Assembly (NCBI RefSeq): GCF_000011465.1
Contig: NC_005072.1
Coordinates: forward strand, 300,001-332,000
Length of the DNA: 32,000 nt
Source of the DNA: Prochlorococcus marinus subsp. pastoris str. CCMP1986
GTDB taxonomy: Bacteria > Cyanobacteriota > Cyanobacteriia > PCC-6307 > Cyanobiaceae
Direction of reading: 5' to 3'
The position numbers were made by a program, and so were the translations under genes. Of this stretch, positions 24,457 to 32,000 are shown piece after piece; the first letter of the stretch is position 1; each line of letters starts with the position of its first letter. The notes beneath the pieces were generated by a model. The model made no database searches, had not been told where the DNA came from, and saw nothing but the letters and a program-made list of their open reading frames with translations.

Positions 24457-24601
24457 GGCTTTATCGTTAGTATTTCAATTTTCGTATCAACTGACACAGA
24501 AATCAATAGGTACTATATACATAAAAATATTTATGTAAATCTTAAGTGGTTAAATTAGTTCTTTGAATATTATAAAATTAAAATAAATTTAAAATTCTTT
24601 C

Positions 24602-25036
24602 GTGGAAAATTCCATAAACATTTCTATCTTGATCCCCTTGATACCAATGGGTATGGCTTTACTCATATTAAGTCTGCTAGTAAGTTTCAATAGAACAATA
24701 AATAGACTTACTAAGCCAGTTAGCGCTCTCGCAGTCTTTTCTTTATTAAGTTCTGCTCTGATAAGTGCATTCTTATATTTTAAAAAAATTGAAGGCGAAA
24801 TATTTTTATCTGATTATCTAAAACTCTTTGGAAGTACAAATTTAATACTCCACCTAAATTCTTTAACTGAAAAAATCGTAATATTTTTTGCCGTAATAAT
24901 CGCAATTGTAATTGGAGTGCTCTTTTATAAATTGCCTAGGCGAAAAGGCTATGTCTCATTGATTATCGGAATTAGCTTGATTTCTTCCTCGATAATGTTT
25001 GCAGTATTTTTTCTTGATTTTTCATTCTTAATTTAG
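24602..25036 (+). CDS. Membrane protein resembling the isolated N-terminal part of NDH-1 subunit NdhF/NuoL
   Basis: LIPLIPMGMALLILSLLVSFNRTINRLTKPVSALAVFSLLSSALISAFLYF and GYVSLIIGISLISSSIMFAV recall NdhF N-terminal text. The ORF ends at 144 aa, before the proton-channel domain. Confidence 0.6.
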   Translation: MENSINISILIPLIPMGMALLILSLLVSFNRTINRLTKPVSALAVFSLLSSALISAFLYFKKIEGEIFLSDYLKLFGSTNLILHLNSLTEKIVIFFAVIIAIVIGVLFYKLPRRKGYVSLIIGISLISSSIMFAVFFLDFSFLI

Positions 25037-25542
25037 GATTGAGTTATCATCGCTAAGGCTTCATTAAGTTCTTCAACGTGATTTAGTTCGTCTTGCGCAA
25101 TTTCTTTTATCTTTTGATCTTCAGGGTGATCTTTTAGGTACTTTGTATAGGTATTAAATGCATGCTCTTCAATTTTGATATTTACGTCATAAGCATTTCT
25201 TGGAGAACAAAAATAATAAAAAACCATGATCCAGTAATAGACAAGTACAAGGTGCCTTGCTAAAAACCTGTCAATCCAAAACTTATCTCCTCCTCTTTTC
25301 TCCATTTCTTTTAGATGCTCCGTCTCATTAATGGCTTGGTAAAAATGTTCTTTCATCAAAAACATTGTGATGTCATTTTTTAATCCAAGTGATTCTTTGA
25401 AATGAAGAACAGAAAGAAAAGCAAAATAAGGAGACCTTGCAATAACTTCTAATACCCAAAATCTCTGCAAATGCCTATCTGAATAAACAAAATCAAGGAT
25501 CTTAACCGTATTGTTTAGAATAAATGAATTCAAATTTTTCAT
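25033..25542 (-). CDS. ptox: Plastoquinol terminal oxidase / alternative-oxidase-like di-iron protein
   Basis: LEVIARSPYFAFLSVLHF, EHFYQAINETEHLKEM, IEEHAFNTYTKYL, AQDELNHVEELN: spaced E...ExxH...E...ExxH ligand pattern with an AOX-like LExxARxPYF opening. Confidence 0.8.
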   Translation of the reverse strand: MKNLNSFILNNTVKILDFVYSDRHLQRFWVLEVIARSPYFAFLSVLHFKESLGLKNDITMFLMKEHFYQAINETEHLKEMEKRGGDKFWIDRFLARHLVLVYYWIMVFYYFCSPRNAYDVNIKIEEHAFNTYTKYLKDHPEDQKIKEIAQDELNHVEELNEALAMITQS

Positions 25543-25697
25543 AAAAACCTCGATCTCTATTAATAAGTATAATTACTTAAATACTAGGTGTTTAAACTTT
25601 TAACTAATAATTAATATTTTTAAAGTTTAAGCAAATCAAAATTAAGTATTGAAAAAAATTTTTTTTAATGCATATTTTAAATAGCTAAATTTTTTAA

Positions 25698-25838
25698 ATG
25701 ACTTCAACTGAAAGGATTGCTAATGCTAAAAAAAGAATTAATGAGTTAGAAAGACTAATTAAATATTGGGATAATTCAAATGAACAAAATATCAAGAAAA
25801 TTGATTTTGAAGTTAATAATGAAAAGATAGCTGCTTAA
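25698..25838 (+). CDS. Candidate 46-aa small soluble protein with a helical N-terminus
   Basis: MTSTERIANAKKRINELERLIKYWDNSNEQNIKKIDFEVNNEKIAA*. Confidence 0.45.
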   Translation: MTSTERIANAKKRINELERLIKYWDNSNEQNIKKIDFEVNNEKIAA

Positions 25839-25996
25839 TTTATGAGCTTGAAATAAACTACGTTAGTTTTCCTATATATTTAGTACATTATTTACTTGTT
25901 TAATATTCATATCATTCATTTTGAGTGATTAGAGCATTTAAACCTATTTTCAAAATTCAAAATTACAAATAATCTATTTGAATATTAGATTATTTT

Positions 25997-26110
25997 ATGA
26001 ATACATTTACTAACAAATACTTGTTCCCAATAAAGTTACTCCCTTGGATTTTCTGGGGAATCATATCAGTTGTTAGTGTTTATTTATTCTCTAATGCATG
26101 GATAAGTTAG
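25997..26110 (+). CDS. Candidate 37-aa single-span membrane microprotein
   Basis: MNTFTNKYLFPIKLLPWIFWGIISVVSVYLFSNAWIS*. Confidence 0.5.
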   Translation: MNTFTNKYLFPIKLLPWIFWGIISVVSVYLFSNAWIS

Positions 26111-26125
26111 AGATTAAATGATTTT

Positions 26126-26434
26126 CTAGCTCCTTTTAATCCAGTCAGGTGAACCTCCAAACCAGTCAGAAATATCATCTTTATTTGGATTGAAGTGATT
26201 CTCTCTTTCTAATCCATCAATTCCTAGCGATTGAACTAGTCCATTAATACTATCTTCGCTTTGTCTTCCATGTCTTCTGATGCTATTTGCTTTTTTTAAC
26301 CAAAGAGATATTGTCGAGCTGTGTTTTGCATATTTTTCAACGTATATTCTTTCTTTTAACGAAACTTCTTTATCAAAGGATATTCTTCTAACTATTTCCT
26401 GGATTTTTAATCTTTTTTGAGTACTTAAAAGCAT
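26126..26434 (-). CDS. Conserved-looking cyanobacterial hypothetical protein (102 aa)
   Basis: Intact ORF MLLSTQKRLKIQEIVRRISFDKEVSLKERIYVEKYAKHSSTISLWLKKA...DDISDWFGGSPDWIKRS with gene-like composition. Confidence 0.65.
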   Translation of the reverse strand: MLLSTQKRLKIQEIVRRISFDKEVSLKERIYVEKYAKHSSTISLWLKKANSIRRHGRQSEDSINGLVQSLGIDGLERENHFNPNKDDISDWFGGSPDWIKRS

Positions 26435-26726
26435 TAGATAATAAATAACTTAACTTTTTATAGGAGCTTTATGGCAAAATAACTTGTCAATATTAATTTC
26501 AAGAAATTTCTCTATCTAAAAGGGTTTTTAAGGGTATTGGTTATGAATTGCTTAAATTAAGGATTAATTTGTCTTTGATGATACTAAGAAATATATAAAA
26601 ATCTTATGAGATAATTAATAAAGATAAACAATTTTAATATTATTTTATCAAAATAAAGACTTACAGAATTAATTAGTTGCGCAACGGTATTTTTGTACTA
26701 TTATTAGTACAGATGTATTATTAGAA

Positions 26727-26924
26727 ATGAAAATTTTATCTTCTTCCCCCTACGCTACATTTAATCCAAAAGAGTGGAACTCACTTTCAAGAGCTAATTG
26801 TAGATTCTCTAGTACTCCAATAAAAATTAAAAAAAAGTTTTTTAGTAACTTTAAAAATGTAAAATCTACTAAAAACATACAAGAAAATAATAAGCTTCCA
26901 AAACAAATACAACTTGCCTTCTAG
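26727..26924 (+). CDS. Hypothetical basic protein (65 aa)
   Basis: Track ORF preceded by a long intergenic region; Lys-rich, no recognised domain. Confidence 0.35.
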   Translation: MKILSSSPYATFNPKEWNSLSRANCRFSSTPIKIKKKFFSNFKNVKSTKNIQENNKLPKQIQLAF

Positions 26925-27020
26925 TAATAAAAAATTTCAACTAATATTCAGTTTTACGAAAAATATTTTAAGAATCCCTATTCTTTGTTAGATTAATAGA
27001 AATACAAAAAGGTTTTAAAT

Positions 27021-27320
27021 TTGTCTGTAGATCGCGAACTTTTAAAAGAAGTTACTCAAGAACTTTGGAATACGGTTAAAAAGCTAAGGCCAGAAATAGA
27101 TAGGGAAACTCGCCTTCAGCTAGTTTTAAAAGCTTTATTAACTATTGGGGATTTACCAGATCAACTGCAAGCAGCAATGGTGGTAGGGGTTTGTGCCGAA
27201 ATGGATAAAAGCGATTTTGAAAATGCTGATGGTAATTCCAATACTAAAGAAGAGAGTAATTCCACTTCCGTTGATACTTCTACTGGAAGAAAAGTTTTTA
27301 GAAGAAGTTCTGCAAAATAA
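27021..27320 (+). CDS. Hypothetical protein (99 aa), helical N-terminus with Ser/Asn/Thr-rich tail
   Basis: MSVDRELLKEVTQELWNTVKKLRPEIDRETRLQLVLKALLTIGDLPDQLQAAMVVGVCAEM...STGRKVFRRSSAK. Confidence 0.65.
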   Translation: MSVDRELLKEVTQELWNTVKKLRPEIDRETRLQLVLKALLTIGDLPDQLQAAMVVGVCAEMDKSDFENADGNSNTKEESNSTSVDTSTGRKVFRRSSAK

Positions 27321-27339
27321 AAGCTTCTTCTAAAAGAAA

Positions 27340-27573
27340 TTAGCCTTTAACTTTTTTTGATTCGTTTTTAGAGATTTTTAGAAATAGAAAATATGAAATT
27401 ACTAGTAAAAGTGGTACAAAGATAGAATGCAAAGTCATCATCAACTCTGTTTGACTCATCCCAATTAGATTTGAATCGTTTGGTAGCTGCTCTGACCAAG
27501 TACCAGCTAGGTGCCAAGCCTGGGGAATAGATAAGAAAAACATATAAAAACTATAAGTAAAAGTTATATTCAA
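27340..27573 (-). CDS. Small membrane protein (up to 77 aa)
   Basis: IPQAWHLAGTWSEQLPNDSNLIGMSQTELMMTLHSIFVPLLLVISYFLFLKISKNESKK; a start at the Met at 27543 is also possible. Confidence 0.6.
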   Translation of the reverse strand: MNITFTYSFYMFFLSIPQAWHLAGTWSEQLPNDSNLIGMSQTELMMTLHSIFVPLLLVISYFLFLKISKNESKKVKG

Positions 27574-27658
27574 ATAAAGAATATCATCCGTAAAAAAAAT
27601 TACTTTTTTTTCTTCTTATTTCTTAACTAAAGATATTTTTTCGACTTTGTCGAATGCT

Positions 27659-29191
27659 TTAAAGATCTATAGTTTTAAGAAGCTTTTTATATTCCTTCTT
27701 CCCCATGATTTTTTCAGCCGCATATGCTCCACTTGCTGAGACGGCAGGTATACCAATTCCGGGAAAAGTACTTGCTCCACAAGTAAGCAAATTTCTAACA
27801 GATGTTTTACATCCAGGGAATAGTCCTTGAGCAGCCGATAATGCTGGGCCGTAACTACCACAATAAGTATTGGTATACTTTTTATGCGTTAAAGGAGTGC
27901 CAAGCAATTTGATCTCAATTCTATTATCTATATCAGGTATTATTTTTCTCAAAGATTTGAGAAATATTGAACATCTTTCCTCTTTAAGTTCTTTGTATGC
28001 TAACTCATTAGATTTTAAATTCTTCCAAATTTCCCATGGTTCATTGGCAGGAGTATACCCATGCAGGACGTGTTTACCTTTTGGTGCCATACTCTTATCT
28101 AATACAGAAGGAATTGAGAAAACTGCTACATTTCTTTCTGCAGTAATTCCTCTCTCCCAGTTATCAACGTGTATTGCATGAATTGGTAAATTTTGTAGAC
28201 CAGAGGCATCAAAACCTAAATGAATATGAAGAAAAGAACCGCATTTATTAATATCTTTAGCCTTTGGGCTCCATTTTTTTTGGAATTCTTGTGGAATTAA
28301 TTTTCTGGAAGTCCAAGCATCAGTATTCATTACGACAAAGTTCGAAATAAAATTGGAACCATTTTCTAAAGTTACACCTGAGGCAATATTTTTACTAAAA
28401 TTTACAGCTTCTACTTTAGAAGAAAGAATTAGTTCACCGCCATTTTTTTTGAAAGAATCAACTAGCGCCTTTACTATACTTTCACTTCCTCCCTTTGGAT
28501 ATTCTAAATACGATGCAGGTTTAAACCATTCATCAAATAATGTAGCCATCGCAGCAGAATTTGTATCATGCATTGGCATCCCACTTATTAAAAAACTAAG
28601 CAAATCAACCCAGTTTCTAAGAAAAGGATCATTTAGGTGACTGTCGACAATATCACCAAAACCCCCGTTTAGCTTTGGTAATGATTTTATATTAGGCAAG
28701 AATTTAGATGCTAATTTTATAATCTCTAAAAAATTAATTGTTTCAGGTGAACTAGAGAGGAGCGGGATTTCGCTTACTATTTGACTAAGAGGTCTTATTC
28801 CTGATACGAATGAATCCCACTCTTTAACAGACTTTTCACCTCTTAATAATCTTATTCTTTCTTTAAATGGTTCTTGTCCTACTTCCAAATTGAATTCGCC
28901 TTCAGGAACATTGACATGCCATCCTTGATATTTAATAAGTTCAACCTTTTCGTCAAGTAATCTAAGTATTTGCCCTAAAGGATTGGTCGTAGGCCATTTT
29001 CCGATACCACTCCATAATGAAGGACCAGATTCAAACTTATAACCTCTCATATTAAAGCTATGCGCTACACCTCCTGGTTGAGAATGAGCTTCAGCTATTA
29101 GAACTTTTTTACCTGCTAGGGCTAATAAAGAACCGCAACATAAACCCCCAATTCCACTACCTATGATTATTACGTCGTATTTATTCATCAA
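27659..29191 (-). CDS. FAD-dependent phytoene desaturase / carotenoid isomerase-like oxidoreductase
   Basis: KYDVIIIGSGIGGLCCGSLLALAGKKVLIAEAHSQPGGVAHSF (Rossmann) and C-terminal GASTFPGIGIPAVSASGAYAAEKI, as in the CrtI/CrtISO superfamily. Confidence 0.85.
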   Translation of the reverse strand: MMNKYDVIIIGSGIGGLCCGSLLALAGKKVLIAEAHSQPGGVAHSFNMRGYKFESGPSLWSGIGKWPTTNPLGQILRLLDEKVELIKYQGWHVNVPEGEFNLEVGQEPFKERIRLLRGEKSVKEWDSFVSGIRPLSQIVSEIPLLSSSPETINFLEIIKLASKFLPNIKSLPKLNGGFGDIVDSHLNDPFLRNWVDLLSFLISGMPMHDTNSAAMATLFDEWFKPASYLEYPKGGSESIVKALVDSFKKNGGELILSSKVEAVNFSKNIASGVTLENGSNFISNFVVMNTDAWTSRKLIPQEFQKKWSPKAKDINKCGSFLHIHLGFDASGLQNLPIHAIHVDNWERGITAERNVAVFSIPSVLDKSMAPKGKHVLHGYTPANEPWEIWKNLKSNELAYKELKEERCSIFLKSLRKIIPDIDNRIEIKLLGTPLTHKKYTNTYCGSYGPALSAAQGLFPGCKTSVRNLLTCGASTFPGIGIPAVSASGAYAAEKIMGKKEYKKLLKTIDL

Positions 29192-29221
29192 AAATTAAAC
29201 CCTAAGAATAAATCTTAAAGC

Positions 29222-29332
29222 TTAAACAAAAGTGATTGTTGTTGTTGTGATACTAAGAACAACAGCAAGGAAAAATATATAAGGAACAGCCTTAAGTGGA
29301 ATATGGCCTGGTCTTTTAGAAATGAAATCCAT
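29222..29332 (-). CDS. Candidate 36-aa single-span membrane microprotein upstream of the desaturase-like gene
   Basis: ATG@29332: MDFISKRPGHIPLKAVPYIFFLAVVLSITTTTITFV*. Confidence 0.5.
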   Translation of the reverse strand: MDFISKRPGHIPLKAVPYIFFLAVVLSITTTTITFV

Positions 29333-29485
29333 TTTTCAAATTAACTTATGTAAAGATAATAGTTGAAATTTGTTACGAATGTGTGTCTGTGCTCTACTTT
29401 CTTAGAAATATTTTGAAATAAAGAAGGAATTTTATTTTATTTTTTTTTAAAACCTTTTTATGATGAATAAAAAATAATATTTAAA

Positions 29486-29986
29486 ATGACTCTTGAAGCA
29501 AAAAAATTACCACAATACACAGAAATAAAAAATTTAGAGAGTATTTCTAAAAAAGATGGAAGTGGTATTGGATATGAAGATTTAATAGGAACTTGGAAAT
29601 TTAATTCCGTATGGAAGAAAGGCTCAAAAGAAATAGATAATATTTCTAGTCCCATTCTTCAAGTATTATCAGCAAAATTAGAATTAAAGAAAACTAATTC
29701 TCAAAATAATATAGTTGATTACCAGATAAAAAATTCAGTTCGCTTTGGGATATTATCGATTATTTTCTGTGGGCAAGCATCATTAAAAGGTACGAGGCCT
29801 CTATTGCCCTTTTTCTTCGAGAACTTAATAATAAATATTGGAAATTTTACCTTAGTTAATAAACATTTAAAAAAACCAGAAGAAAAGCAAATGCCTTTTT
29901 TCTCTCTAATAGCTATCAGTAAAGAAAAAAATTGGATGTGTGCTAGAGGAAGAGGAGGAGGACTCGCAATTTGGATTAAGTCTTGA
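29486..29986 (+). CDS. Conserved-looking hypothetical, faintly plastid-lipid-associated (PAP/fibrillin)-like
   Basis: LIGTWKFNSVWKK...FENLIINIGNFTLVNK...WMCARGRGGGLAIWIKS. Confidence 0.6.
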   Translation: MTLEAKKLPQYTEIKNLESISKKDGSGIGYEDLIGTWKFNSVWKKGSKEIDNISSPILQVLSAKLELKKTNSQNNIVDYQIKNSVRFGILSIIFCGQASLKGTRPLLPFFFENLIINIGNFTLVNKHLKKPEEKQMPFFSLIAISKEKNWMCARGRGGGLAIWIKS

Positions 29987-29990
29987 TCTT

Positions 29991-30206
29991 TTAGTGATAT
30001 TCACCAGGGTGATCAACTTTTCTGACGGTAACTTTATCCACTTTTTGGCCATTAAATCTTAAAAGGTCATCACCGGAGAAACTATATCCAAGTCTTTGAG
30101 CAATAAGTGCTACATCATCTGCAGTTGCAGAAGAAGTAACCTCTTTTCTTAAATTATCCTCTGACTGCATTTGTTTTAAAAATTTTCTAATTTCAGAGAA
30201 ACTCAT
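29991..30206 (-). CDS. Nif11-like leader-domain protein (71 aa), no obvious core peptide
   Basis: MSFSEIRKFLKQMQSEDNLRKEVTSSATADDVALIAQRLGYSFSGDDLLRF fits the Nif11 pattern (FLxxxxxDxxLRxxV...DVxxIAxxxGYxFSxxDL). No GG cleavage site; tail NGQKVDKVTVRKVDHPGEYH. Confidence 0.7.
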   Translation of the reverse strand: MSFSEIRKFLKQMQSEDNLRKEVTSSATADDVALIAQRLGYSFSGDDLLRFNGQKVDKVTVRKVDHPGEYH

Positions 30207-30262
30207 TTTAACTTTTATGCATAATTTTATATTAAAGCCTTAGAAAAAAATTAAATTCTTTT

Positions 30263-30625
30263 TTGCAAAGACCAATAAAACTAAATAAACACTATATTAA
30301 ATGTATGACTTACTTATTTTTATATGTAGTTGGGATGGTCTTGATATGGTGGATATATCGTGTCGGTTGGGTTGAGGCTTTGAAAACAGTAATTAAAGTT
30401 TTAGTTCCTTCAATTCTTATAATTTTATTTAATATCAAAGCAGGAAGATTACTTTTCAAAAATCCTTTAGTTGGATTATTCAGTGCTTTACCAACTTCAA
30501 TTTTTATTTATAGGGGTTCCCTTCCAGTCGTGGCATCTATTAATAACTGGATTGATACTAAAAGAAGCAAATATGAAGAATCCAAAGACGTAATTGATAC
30601 CGATTCAATTCCTCTAGATGATTAA
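30263..30625 (+). CDS. Small membrane protein of unknown function (start may be the Met at 30305)
   Basis: Hydrophobic spans YLFLYVVGMVLIWWIY and TVIKVLVPSILIILFNI with an acidic C-terminus. Confidence 0.6.
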   Translation: MQRPIKLNKHYIKCMTYLFLYVVGMVLIWWIYRVGWVEALKTVIKVLVPSILIILFNIKAGRLLFKNPLVGLFSALPTSIFIYRGSLPVVASINNWIDTKRSKYEESKDVIDTDSIPLDD

Positions 30626-30634
30626 TATTTTAAG

Positions 30635-31042
30635 CTAGTCAAATCCCAGAAATAATTCTTTGTGTACTACAAGAACATCAAATAAAGATGTTCCATGGGA
30701 AGGACTTATTGGAATATTATCTACATTTAATGCCTCTGCACAAATTAGATGGCCATCCCATCTTGTATTATGTTCACTCATTCGGATTGACCAATCAATT
30801 ACTTTTTTAAAGTGCTCAGGCATCTCAGATCCAATTTTCCTGCATATTTGGCAAAGATTTGTAAGAAGGGGCGGTTTGGATGGCCTTTTTAAATCTTTAA
30901 CAAGACTTGGTTGTGTAAATACACTGGTGTATCTGATGTAGTCAATTAATTCATAATCTTCATCTGAAAGTTCTGCTTTATTCAATGCTATTTCAAATTC
31001 TTCTACAGGGGTAATTGGCCTTTTAATTATCTCATTTTTCAT
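30635..31042 (-). CDS. Hypothetical protein (135 aa) overlapping the 3' end of tatA
   Basis: Likely start at Met 31042: MKNEIIKRPITPVEEFEIALNKAELSDEDYELIDYIRYTSVF... The longer track ORF (to 31153) would lie largely inside tatA in another frame. Confidence 0.65.
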   Translation of the reverse strand: MKNEIIKRPITPVEEFEIALNKAELSDEDYELIDYIRYTSVFTQPSLVKDLKRPSKPPLLTNLCQICRKIGSEMPEHFKKVIDWSIRMSEHNTRWDGHLICAEALNVDNIPISPSHGTSLFDVLVVHKELFLGFD

Positions 31043-31322
31043 TATTATCTGATTCTGATAAATCCTTTTCCTCTGATTCTTTAGTAACTTGATCGAGATC
31101 ATTGGTAAATTTTTTCTGAGGAGATTTTGGTAAATTTTCGCTCTCTGGCTCATTAATTACTTGATCTATCTCGTTTTGAAATTCATTCGATGCTTTTTTT
31201 AAGCTTTTTAATGTTTTGCCAAGTTGTTTTCCTAATTCTGGTAATTTCTTGGGACCAAAAATTAATAGAGCTAGAATTAAAATTACTGTTACTTCTGGTA
31301 AACCTACCCCAAAGATATTCAT
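31032..31322 (-). CDS. tatA: Sec-independent protein translocase TatA/B-type protein
   Basis: MNIFGVGLPEVTVILILALLIFGPKKLPELGKQLGKTLKSLKKASNEF, a canonical Tat amphipathic-helix protein. Confidence 0.95.
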   Translation of the reverse strand: MNIFGVGLPEVTVILILALLIFGPKKLPELGKQLGKTLKSLKKASNEFQNEIDQVINEPESENLPKSPQKKFTNDLDQVTKESEEKDLSESDNNEK

Positions 31323-31770
31323 GATAAAAGTCTATCTAATTCATTATTAAAATCTATTATTAATATAATCTAATGATTTGAAAATATCATTTTATAAACT
31401 CGCTTTGTTACTCTTCAAAGAAGTTTATAAAAAATAATTGTAATTATTACTCCCTTAAAAAAAACTAACCAAAGTAGTTGGTAATCACTTAATTTTAATT
31501 TTTCTTGGTACCACTTAATGAGTATTTTGTGTCCTTTAATTATTCTTTTTATTAATTTCAAAATCTATTTTTTAGATAAGACTAACTTTATATCAAAACT
31601 GTATAGGATGGAAATGATAAATTAATAAATTTTGGTTATCAGTAAGTACAAATTTTTTAAATAAGTAATCACATTAAATCCAAATTATTTTTGGCTTTCT
31701 TATTCTTTTAAAAATTAGCTTTGCATAAATCAAACTAAATTACAAAAATGTAATTAACTTTTTTTTTATA

Positions 31771-32000
31771 ATGAAAATCTTATTATCAGTTTTTTTCTTA
31801 TTTGCCTTTATACCTCCATCAAAGGGAGTTACTACAAAAATGTTTAAAGTATTGGATACTTGTGCTAGATACCGTCTTGGAGAGATTGACGCTAAACAAG
31901 CTATAGAAAAACTAAAATTAAAATCTGTGAATTCTTCCGAAATTGACTTAAAAAATATTGTAAGTAATTACTGTTCTGTATTTACCCCAAATGAAAATAT
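31771..32000 (+). CDS. Exported hypothetical protein (partial, runs off the window)
   Basis: ATG@31771 MKILLSVFFLFAFIPPSKGVTTKMFKVLDTCARYRLGEIDAKQAIEKLKLKSVNSSEIDLKNIVSNYCSVFTPNEN...: signal-like start and open frame to the window end. Confidence 0.65.
   Translation, partial: MKILLSVFFLFAFIPPSKGVTTKMFKVLDTCARYRLGEIDAKQAIEKLKLKSVNSSEIDLKNIVSNYCSVFTPNEN

Noticed and set aside
27667-28640. ORFs nested in or antisense to the desaturase-like gene (27667..27861, 27870..28181, 28353..28640)
   Set aside because: All lie within one intact 510-aa FAD enzyme.
29458-29655. Minus-strand ORF opposite the start of the 166-aa plus-strand gene
   Set aside because: Shadow frame; the plus-strand ORF is longer and more protein-like.
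30660-30941. Plus-strand ORF antisense to the hypothetical gene downstream of tatA
   Set aside because: The minus-strand frame has better protein-like composition and a start overlapping tatA, consistent with co-expression.

Overview
AT-rich window from a marine picocyanobacterium. Gene content (psbB/psbT/psbM/psaE/petB/petD, one rRNA operon, many tiny ORFs) and very low GC point to a Prochlorococcus, probably high-light-clade, genome; the strain is inferred, not proven. The first ~22 kb is mostly conserved core: rpsA 5' end, nrdR, psbT, psbB, a 2Fe-2S ferredoxin, psbM, prmC, tsaC, tRNA-Thr, minCDE, an HD-domain protein, a C-terminal processing protease, petB-petD, a GH100 invertase, 16S-tRNA-Ile-tRNA-Ala-23S-5S, mutM, psaE, a LysM protein, an aldehyde dehydrogenase and a rhomboid protease. 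From ~22.3 to 31.3 kb the window becomes a patchwork of small lineage-type genes. Its most interesting content is: (i) a short ORF absent from the supplied track that carries a perfect ExxNGRxAMxG high-light-inducible-protein motif; (ii) a 47-aa ORF with an 11-residue polyglutamine run; (iii) a stand-alone NdhF-N-terminus-like membrane protein convergent with a compact di-iron plastoquinol terminal oxidase; (iv) an orphan Nif11-like leader-domain protein; and (v) several single-span micro-membrane proteins. I found no CRISPR array, transposase, prophage or clear multi-gene defence system.
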